Part shown: positions 23,470-32,327 of the stretch, in pieces | How the letters are laid out: each line of letters opens with the position of its first letter | Numbering within the stretch: the stretch's first letter is position 1 | DNA from: Octopus bimaculoides | Taxonomy: Eukaryota | Assembly (NCBI RefSeq): GCF_001194135.2 | Contig: NC_069005.1 | Location: forward strand, 8,316,090 to 8,354,188 | Direction of reading: 5' to 3' | Length of the DNA: 38,099 bases | The notes under the pieces: generated by a model | What the model was told of the DNA's origin: nothing | The model's database searches: none | What the model saw: only the letters and a program-made list of their open reading frames with translations | Translations under genes and position numbers: made by a program

Positions 23470-24140
23470 AGTGTAGTGTCTTAGTGGTTAGGTCGTTACA
23501 CTTAAGATTGCAAAATCATGGTTTCAATTCCATTTCACATTACACCAGTCCGTTCAACTGTAAATATGTAACCCTGTGATAGACTGGCATCTGGTTCATA
23601 AGGAATGTTGTGATCTCGGATACTTATATGTCATGACCATCCGATGGTCAGGTCACGTCCGTCGGATGAATGAACACTGCCTTCCCAAGATCTGTCTCTA
23701 CGGTGAACTGTCTGAAGGAAAGCGTCCTCGTGGAGCCCCCTTTCGGCGGTACACGGACCAACCTAAATCAACCTTGAAAAGCACCAACATCGACCCCGCA
23801 CACTGGAAAGATATCTCGACAAACAGATCCCTTTGGAGACACACCATCAAAACGGTTTCAGCGGACTTCGAGAGAGCCCGAGTTACAAGAGCTTAACTCA
23901 AGAGACGGGAGAGAAAGCAGCGCCTTCTCCTTCCCAAGCCAGCCCCTTCTATCTCTTGTCCACGATGTCCCCGTATGTCTCATGCAGCCCTTGGATTGCG
24001 GAGCCATCTGCGGTTCAAACACCCAAGAAAATGAACTGGATTGCAAGCTCGGAAACACACGGCGCAGCCAGCAACAACAACATATGTCATGAAAACTGGT
24101 TACTGGCCCCACGAATCCTAGGACTTGAGACAATGATATC
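23470..24140 (+). mobile_element. tRNA-derived SINE (family E type) split by an RTE LINE insertion
   Basis: A-box-like GTCTTAGTGGTTAGG and B-box-like GGTTTCAATTCC. Body AACCCTGTGATAGACTGGCATC runs up to the TSD and resumes after 24092 (AAACTGGTTACTGGCCCCACGAATCCTAGGACTTGAGAC). Confidence 0.65.
23637..24081 (+). mobile_element. 5'-truncated RTE-clade LINE: ORF2 C-terminus with C2H2 zinc finger, (CAA)n tail and 11-bp TSD
   Basis: Frame reads IRWSGHVRRMNEHCLPKICLYGELSEGKRPRGAPFRRYTDQ...WRHTIK...RA*LKRRERKQR...CPRCPRMSHAALGLRSHLRFKHPRK* (C-x2-C-x12-H-x4-H; single internal TAA at 23894; stop at 24032-24034). Ends in GCAACAACAAC. ATATGTCATGA flanks it at 23626-23636 and 24082-24092. Confidence 0.93.
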
Positions 24141-24309
24141 CAGTGGGTTGATGATATTGAGGTGAATGCTTACATTGACACAACCTTCAAATGTCCAAAT
24201 GAAATGAGAATAGTTGAAGCAAGACAAGATGAACTGATACTATTTAGCCCCAAGTCAACTCTGAGTAAATGTCTTATGTAAATGCCTTGTGTAAATGTAC
24301 AAGTGTGTG

Positions 24310-24590
24310 TGTGCATTTGTGCAAGTATGATGCTTTCGTATGCATATTTGCTTGTGTGAGTATGTGTGAAAATGTTTGTGCATGTGCATATGTGTGAAAA
24401 TGTTTGTGCATGTGCATATGTGTGATTATAAATACATGTATGTATTTGTCTTTTTGAGTGTGGAGGTAACTACACGGTGTGTGAGTGCATGCATATGTCT
24501 CTATGACTATGTGAACACGTTTGTGCGTGTGCATATGTTTGATTACATGTATACATGTGTGTGACTTTTTCAGTACCAAAGTGACTACTG
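24310..24590 (-). repeat. Cryptic CA/TG-rich dispersed repeat, copy 1 (inverted relative to 26502-26775)
   Basis: TATACATGTGTGTGACTTTTTCAGTACC (24550-24577) is the exact reverse complement of 26515-26542. Other anchors (GCAAGTATGATGCTTT, TTATAA, GTAACTACAC) are collinear. Confidence 0.85.
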
Positions 24591-24944
24591 TGTGTGTGTG
24601 TGTGTGTGGGCATGAAAGAAGCTGGTGTCAGAAGTATGATGCTACAGCCATGACAATAGTATTCTTCCTTTTATTTTTATGCATATGTTGGCTATCATTT
24701 ATGGCTATATTATCAAATGTAGCTTTCTATATTCTTTTTAACCATGTAATAGCTAAATTATCAAGATGCAGGGCCAAGCATATTTATTGCCTTTTTTCAG
24801 TATATTTGTTGGGGAGGAGTGTAGCTGATGTAAAAAGTTTTCTTATGTATACCGAAAAGGATCAAAGGTCCTTCTCGGTTTCCCTGATTCTGTGGCATAT
24901 ATATTCCCCCTCTGGACTGAACACTGATCTGTCATAGGAGTACT

Positions 24945-25080
24945 CATTTAGTTAGCTGTGTGTATGGCAGCAGCATGAAATGAAAGTATTTTGCTCAAGA
25001 GCACAATGCATCACCTGGTCCAGGAATCAAAATCATAATCTTATGATCATGAGTGCAACATCCTACCTACTAAGTGTGTG
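24945..25080 (-). mobile_element. Family E SINE head and CORE, degraded
   Basis: ATGAAATGAAAGTATTTTGCTCAAGAGCACAATGCATCACC...GGAATCAAAATC is the reverse complement of the head at 31130-31240. Confidence 0.7.
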
Positions 25081-25271
25081 GCATATATATATATACACAA
25101 TAATAGCAGTCATATCTCTGGCAAATCACATCTTATCCTACTTAATCATCTGTTCCTTCATCTTTCCCTTTCAGTATATTATCTATTGATTTAAAGCTTT
25201 ATTAGAACTCATACCTGGGGGCCCTCCCATACCCACTGCATGCTTAACTGCACATTTATGTGTTCACATAT

Positions 25272-25318
<47 letters not shown>

Positions 25319-26080
25319 GCTACACAGCACACACTGTTGTATGTGCACGCATGTATCTGGAACACTCCAACTATTCTGACCAGATTGTAGTTACATACAC
25401 GTATTTGCAAACACATGCAACTGCACACAAATTTATTCACATCTGTATTCACATGTACAGCCAGCCGTATATATATATNNNNNNNNNNNNNNNNNNNNNN
25501 NNNNNNNNNNNNNNNNNNNNNNNNNNNNNNNNNNNNNNNNNNNNNNNNNNNNNNNNNNNNNNNNNNNNNNNNNNNNNNNNNNNNNNNNNNNNNNNNNNNN
25601 NNNNNNNNNNNNNNNNNNNNNNNNNNNNNNNNNNNNNNNNNNNNNNNNNNNNNNNNNNNNNNNNNNNNNNNNNNNNNNNNNNNNNNNNNNNNNNNNNNNN
25701 NNNNNNNNNNNNNNNNNNNNNNNNNNNNNNNNNNNNNNNNNNNNNNNNNNNNNNNNNNNNNNNNNNNNNNNNNNNNNNNNNNNNNNNNNNNNNNNNNNNN
25801 NNNNNNNNNNNNNNNNNNNNNNNNNNNNNNNNNNNNNNNNNNNNNNNNNNNNNNNNNNNNNNNNNNNNNNNNNNNNNNNNNNNNNNNNNNNNNNNNNNNN
25901 NNNNNNNNNNNNNNNNNNNNNNNNNNNNNNNNNNNNNNNNNNNNNNNNNNNNNNNNNNNNNNNNNNNNNNNNNNNNNNNNNNNNNNNNNNNNNNNNNNNN
26001 NNNNNNNNNNNNNNNNNNNNNNNNNNNNNNNNNNNNNNNNNNNNNNNNNNNNNNNNNNNNNNNNNNNNNNNNNNNNNNNN

Positions 26081-26135
<55 letters not shown>

Positions 26136-26501
26136 ATATATATATTTACACATACGTATACTTGCACTCATGCTCACATGCACACCCCTGCTACACTTGT
26201 ATTCTGCCTGGAATATCCTACTAATCTGATCAAGCCATAACTACACACACACACACACACACTTACACACACATGCAGGCATATGCACACACACATACAC
26301 ATGTGCACACATGTAAATATATATATATACACTGACTAAAACATACAGAGATACTACCATACACAAATAAATGGACAGTTCTCTTCCAGCTGACAGTGAT
26401 TGACTGCTTTAAGTGTCTGCAATGTTACTGTCACCTGTAGTGTCACACTTCTGACACCTGCCTCTTTCATGCACGCGTGTGCACATGCACACACATGCAT
26501 G

Positions 26502-26775
26502 CAGTAGTTACCTTGGTACTGAAAAAGTCACACACATGTATATACATAGTCAGACATATGCACATGTGCAAACATGTGTTCCCACAGTCATACAGAAATG
26601 TGCATGCACTCACACACTGTGTAGTTTACCTTCGTACTGAAAAAGACAGACACACATGTGTGCTTATAATCACACATACGCACATGCACAGACATGTGTT
26701 CTGTGTTCACACATACTCACACAAACAAGCATGCATATAAGCATACAAAAGCATCATACTTGCACACATACACAC
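26502..26775 (+). repeat. Cryptic CA/TG-rich dispersed repeat, copy 2; internal subrepeat about 120 bp
   Basis: GTAGTTACCTTGGTACTGAAAAAGTCACACAC (about 26504) recurs as GTAGTTTACCTTCGTACTGAAAAAGACAGACAC (about 26620). Confidence 0.85.
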
Positions 26776-27077
26776 ACACATGCACACACATATATACAAA
26801 TGCACACGGACATAGACACACAAACACAAATTCACTTATCAGATACATACATGTATATAAGCATACATATATGGACATATGTACAGACATGCACATGTGT
26901 ATGCACACACATGCGCATACATTAGTAAAGTGTGTAGTAATGTCATGTTTCTTAAGTTTGTTGATTAGCAATTATATAATTACAATGGCTACAAGGATAA
27001 ATATGTGGTTATAATGATCAGACATAACTGTGTGGTCATAACAGCTACAGCATTGTTGTGTGGTTACAATAAATACA

Positions 27078-27208
27078 TAGTGCAGGTGTGGCTGTAAGAA
27101 GCTTGTTTCTGAACTGCATGATTCTAGGTTCAGTCCTACTGCGTGGCATCTGGGGCAAGTGTCTTCTACTGTGGCCTCGGGCTGATCAAAGCCTTGTGAT
27201 GGGATTTG

Positions 27209-27240
<32 letters not shown>

Positions 27241-27690
27241 CATATGTATATATGAGTATATATACATGTGGGTGTGTTTATATGTATATGTGGGTGTGTT
27301 TATGTATATGTGGGTGTGTTTATGTATATATATGTGTGTGTGTGTGTGTATGTATATATATATGTGCATGTGTCTATATATAAAGATATATGACAGATGT
27401 GATGTTTATGTATATACACACTGTATACATAAATAACAGGAGCATATATATATGTGTGTGGTCTGCCTGTCAGTCTTTGTGTGTGTGTTTGTCCCCCACC
27501 ACTACTTGACAACCGGGGCTGGTTTGTTTACATCCCCATAACTTAACGATTCAGTAAAAGAGACCAATATAAAAAGTACCAGGCTTAGAAAGTAAGTATA
27601 GTAGTCAATTTGTTCAAGTAAATCCTTCAAGGTGGTGCCCCAGCATGGGCACAGTCGTATGACTAAAAGAAGTAACAGATAACAGATAAT
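27078..27690 (+). mobile_element. Family A SINE, full length with expanded internal microsatellite
   Basis: GTGCAGGTGTGGCTG...GGTTCAGTCC...GGGGCAAGTGTCTTCTACT, about 280 bp of TA/TG repeats, then GTTTGTCCCCCACC...CCCAGCATGGGCACAGTC tail. Confidence 0.88.
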
Positions 27691-28287
27691 AAAATATTTC
27701 AAAGAAAGTATTTAAATAACTATTGTACATATGTTTCCATAATAGATATTTATACAATAAATATCCATCATTTCATCGGCAACTGAAGTTTAAACAAATG
27801 TTTAAAATGAAGAAAAGTATAATGTTTGTTATTACACATTGACAACTACAAACCATTTAGTTTATTGTGTGTGTCTGTGTGTGAATTTGTGTGCATATGA
27901 TCATTATCGGTATTAAAAATGTCAACAGTGAGTTGAAAGTTAGTAGAAAATTCTTCCATGGTTTGTGTGCCATCATTGGCTTTAGAGGTGGTTGGATGAC
28001 TTGTTTGAACTGTAGATGTTGACAAATGCTTCTTAAGGTTTTTCCCCACAAATCTAATTGTGTTACTGTTATTGGTTTATGAAAATTGTTTTGTGCAAGC
28101 TGTTTAAATGAGAAATTTTAAGTAAATATTTCAGTATCTATTTCATTTCTTAAAAAAGAAACTTTTTCGTTTGTCACAAAAACTCATGCCTTTAATTTAA
28201 CCGAAGATAATTTGCATTCATTAAGAATAATGTTAGAATATAGAGCATAGTTGTTCAGTGTCATAAAAAGGTATAGTGCCTGCTCTC

Positions 28288-28466
28288 ATCATCATCATCA
28301 TCATAATGCCCGCTTTTCCATCTTGCACGAGTCACATGGAATTTGTTGATGCAGGTTTCCTATAACCAGATGGCTTACCTGTTGCCAACCCTCACCTGTT
28401 TCCATGTAAAGTAATATTTCCATATGACCAGACATGTTTCCACAAAATTGCTGTCAAGTAATATGT

Positions 28467-28507
<41 letters not shown>

Positions 28508-28650
28508 TACACGAGCACTATGGACTGCTTTCAGTTTCAGGATGAAAGGCAAAGTCAACTTTGGCAAAATTTGAACTCAGAACATAAAGGTGGACTACAT
28601 GCTGCTAAGTATTTCACCTGGTTTGCTAACGATTGTGCCAGCTCACTGCT
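28288..28650 (-). mobile_element. Family D module (about 28288-28470) followed by a family B 5' half (about 28530-28650)
   Basis: (CAT)n...CTGTTGCCAACCCTCACCTGTTTCCATGTAAAGTAATATTTCC, then GGATGAAAGGCAAAGTCAACTTTGGCAAAATTTGAACTCAGAAC. Confidence 0.8.
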
Positions 28651-29122
28651 TCATAATAATAATAATAATGATAATAATAAAAATAACAGAAGTGAAATAC
28701 ATCCATTGAGCTTCAAAAGTGACTGATACCTATCATGATCATTGCACTTGGGATCATCTCAAAGAAAGCAGTGTTCTGACATGAAAAGCTTTAAATTCCA
28801 ATCTTCACGGGAAGTTCACAGTTGGCAGCAATTCTCAGAACAGCACATGTTGAGGAAAATATTGCACCTCTAACCTGCGGGAAGGACTTGAAATGCGACA
28901 AAGATAACCGAGGAAAAGGAAAAAAGGATAACGATAATTAGCAGTTTCCTTGGAAATTCCTTGGCTGTTTTGAAAATTGTAAGACGGTTAGAAGTTCACA
29001 GAGAAGCACTGTTGTCTCTGGTAAATTGCTTCTCCACTGTAAATATCCATGATAATATCTAGTGAACTTGGCACTTAGTGTGAATGAAAGTACTTGTAAA
29101 TTTTACACTGCTGCTGTTTACT

Positions 29123-29353
29123 CTTTTACTTGTTTCAGTCATTTGACTGTGGCCATGCTGGAACACCACCTTTAGTCAAGCAAATCGACCCCAGGACTTA
29201 TTCTTTGTAAGCCTAGTACTTATTCTATCAGTCTCCTTTGCCGAACCGCTAAGTTACGGGGACGTAAACACGCCACCTTCGGTTGTTAAGCAATGGTGGG
29301 GGGGACAAACACAGACACACATACATATACACACACATACACACATACATACA

Positions 29354-29417
<64 letters not shown>

Positions 29418-29572
29418 CTTCTTTCAGTTTCCGTCTACCAAATCCACTCACAAAGCTTTGGTCGGCCCGAGGCTATAGTAGAATACACTTGCCCAAGGTG
29501 CCACACAGTGGGAATGAACCCGGAACCATGTGGTTGGTAAGCAAGCTACTTACCACACAGTCACTCCTGCTT
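29123..29572 (-). mobile_element. Young full-length family A SINE with 9-bp TSD
   Basis: CTGTTTACT at 29114-29122 and 29573-29581. Many CpGs are intact. Internal (CATA)n(TA)n spacer. Minus-strand head GTGACTGTGTGGTAAG...GGTTCCGGGTTCATTCCC...CCTTGGGCAAGTG. Confidence 0.93.
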
Positions 29573-29647
29573 CTGTTTACTTATTTCACAGCTTGATGGA
29601 CTGGATGCTTAGGAGTTTTACCAAAGGTAGAAAATACCACTGGAAAT

Positions 29648-29890
29648 CATCATCATCAACATTTAACATCTGTCTTCCATGCTGTCATGGGTTGGACAGC
29701 TTGACAGAAACTGGCAAGGTCAAGGGTCGCACCAGGTTCTATAGTCTGTTTCAGCTTGGTTTCTATGGCGTGATGCCCTTCCTAATGCTAACCACTTAAC
29801 AGAGTGTACTGGGTGCTTTCAAAATGGCACCAGCATCAGTGTTTTTTACATAGTACCAGCACACACACCAATGCTTTTTACATGGTATGT
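29648..29890 (-). mobile_element. Family C variant 3' part
   Basis: CATCATCATCAACATTTAACATCTGTCTTCCATGCTGTCATGGGTTGGAC...GATGCCCTTCCTAATGCTAACCAC. Confidence 0.82.
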
Positions 29891-30879
29891 TTGTTTTAGG
29901 ATCTCAATTCTAAACAGACATAAAAACAGTGATGATGATGAAGATGATTGCATATTGCATGACTGATATTATGAAGATGTGACAGAATTTGAAGGACTCT
30001 GGGTCTCATCTGTTGTATGATTTAGGGTACCATATTTTAATAATTTCTGTTACAATATTATGATTATGGCTGAAGTAATAGAACCTGAAGGTCTGTGACT
30101 CAAATATTTTCTGTATATTAGAATATATTTTGATATTAAATTCTAGGTTTGATATCATATTGATGTAATAGAACTCAAAAGTCTGTATCACTTAAGTGTT
30201 CTGAAGTTTACAAACTTGATTAACATGAAATTGATATTGTGTTAGTTGGTCATATGCATACACAAGCATATTTATGCATGCAGTGATGCAATAGGTACAT
30301 TTGCACAGAAACACATAAACAGACATATACCAAAATGATCACACATACACAGATATATATACTTATGGACTTATACATACATGCATGTGGAAACATTACA
30401 TACATGTATGGGCACCTGCATACATACATGAAAATATGCACACAAGGCCACATTCAAAGACACATATGATTGTAGACATATGTGCTACATGTGTATGAGC
30501 ACACATATGCACAGACATGAACATACATAATGCATGTACATGGATGCTTATGCATAGATACATGCAAAATAGCATGAGAAGTCACTTTTCAAAGAATCAC
30601 ACATATTTGAAAAGACCTCGATACAAGCATGCACATGCACATACACGTGTAGATGCACTCACACATAGCTGTTACATCAGTATGGTTTACCAGCTAAAGC
30701 TAAGGAAGAATGAAGTCTGCTAGCCTTGCTTTTGCCCTTGCCCTCTTAATATTAGACTTGATGTGTTTAATTTAAGCTAGATTGGCTGAGCAATAACTCT
30801 GTGATTTAGTTTCTCACTAATCACTACAAGTCATCCACATTTCCATAGTAGGAGAATGTGAAACAACCTTTTTGGCTCG

Positions 30880-30914
<35 letters not shown>

Positions 30915-30967
30915 AAGAGGCATGTTGTGTAATGTATGTATTTCATGTATGTATTTATTCTGCATGT

Positions 30968-31045
30968 ATTTTATTCATGGTATTCTGGTTTATTTATGAA
31001 TTTTTTCAATAAAGTGTTATTTTCCAACCCAGAAACGAAGCTCTG
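30968..31045 (+). repeat. Source copy of a 66-bp exact (78-bp near-exact) direct duplication
   Basis: 30968-31033 is identical to 31308-31373. The next 12 bp differ at 2 positions. Confidence 0.95.
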
Positions 31046-31124
31046 TCATTGGAATCTAGACAGCACTTCCTGGGTAGTTGAGTATATGCATGCATGCATG
31101 CATTTGTGCCTGCTATTTAGTTGA

Positions 31125-31445
31125 CAGAGAAGGCGTGTGGGCTAATGGTTAGGCTGTTGCACTCATGATTGCTAGATTATGGGTTCAATTCCCTGATTAG
31201 GTGGTGCATTGTGTTCTTGAGCAAAACACTTCATTTCACATTGCCTCAGTCCCCCTTCAGTCAGTGGTGATTGTTGGCCTCCTTGCCCAGCCAAGTGGGG
31301 TGGTGTCATTTTATTCATGGTATTCTGGTTTATTTATGAATTTTTTCAATAAAGTGTTATTTTCCAACCCAGAGACTAAGCTCTGCAAAAGTGCATTGTG
31401 ACCAGCAATGTGCAATAACATCTGATAGCCTGGTCAGTCATGTGA
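31125..31445 (+). mobile_element. Family E tRNA/CORE-type SINE interrupted by the duplicated flank segment at 31308-31385
   Basis: GAAGGCGTGTGGGCTAATGGTTAGG...GGGTTCAATTCCC...TTCTTGAGCAAAACACTT head. CCTTGCCCAGCCAAGTGGGGTGGTGTC precedes the insert and GTGCATTGTGACCAGCAATGTG...GTCATGTGAT follows it. Confidence 0.8.
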
Positions 31446-31835
31446 TTTAGTTGAAAGAGTTCATGGTTTTTATACATCTCCCTCACCATCACTAACAGTG
31501 GCATTTTATCTAGTAGCTTCATTGATGATATTACTAACTGGTCCACTCATAAAAACATTCAAGAAAAAACCCCTCTCTACCACTACCACCGCCACCGCCA
31601 TCACCAAAATGTAATATTTCTTCCGATTAACAAAACCTTTCTTCAGCATATGTTAGGACCATTAAACCCATCAGTGTGCTGTGCTGTGTCCTCCTCTTTC
31701 AGTCTCTTCTACCACTACTACAAGGGTTTCTTACTTTCCTGAACTAGCAAGTTGTGCACTAAACTGCACAAATACACCTGATGTTCCTAAGTTTCCCTCT
31801 CCTTCTCATCATCATTATCATCAATATATGTTATA

Positions 31836-32327
31836 TAGACATGAAACTGGCTGTGTGACTTAGAGGTTTGCCCTACAACTGTGTCCCCCTGTGTGGATGG
31901 TACCTTGGATGCCTTACTACTTTAGCTTCTGGTGAACCAATACTTTATGCAAAGAGTCAGAGAAAATGCTGCAAAGCATTCTATTCAATCTGCCTTCTGG
32001 TTCACTCTTTGTTGTGGTGTGTGGCTTGTGTGCCTCTGAGGGTTATGCCAGCAGAGCACAATCTCCTGGCAGAGTCTGTCCCCATGCTGGACAAATCAAA
32101 TGATTGACGCCAGACTGATATCGATCACCTCTTCCCAGAGGTAAAAGTGAGTTTGTATGGGGGCCAACACTTCCTACCTAGTAGAAAGCAATGTTACAAA
32201 AATATTGATAACAATTCAAAACCAATGAGATCTAAGAGAGGGAAAAACAGCTCAGAGTCAAGAACAGTGGAGAAACATTATTGATGGTCTATGCTTCATT
32301 GGGGGCAGAGAGCTTAAATAAGTTAGT
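31836..32327 (+). mobile_element. Composite non-autonomous retroposon: family A head/CORE, RTE 5'UTR-like segment and RTE ORF2 3' end
   Basis: 31836-31990 aligns by eye to the family A head, with the B-box deleted. 32011-32200 (GCCTCTGAGGGTTATGCC...CTCCTGGCAG...GGGGGCCAACAC...TGTTACAAAA) resembles RTE 5'UTRs as I recall them. 32241-32321 translates to GKTAQSQEQWRNIIDGLCFIGGRELK*, like the RTE terminal AQDR..WR.LV.GLCS motif, and is followed by a TAAGTTAGT tail. Confidence 0.65.

Noticed and set aside
27846-28051. Minus-strand ORF GKNLKKHLSTSTVQTSHPTTSKANDGTQTMEEF…
   Set aside because: Two frames are open together because of AC-rich strand bias, it runs into a CA repeat, and the in-frame acceptor lacks a pyrimidine tract. 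Not supportable without homology.
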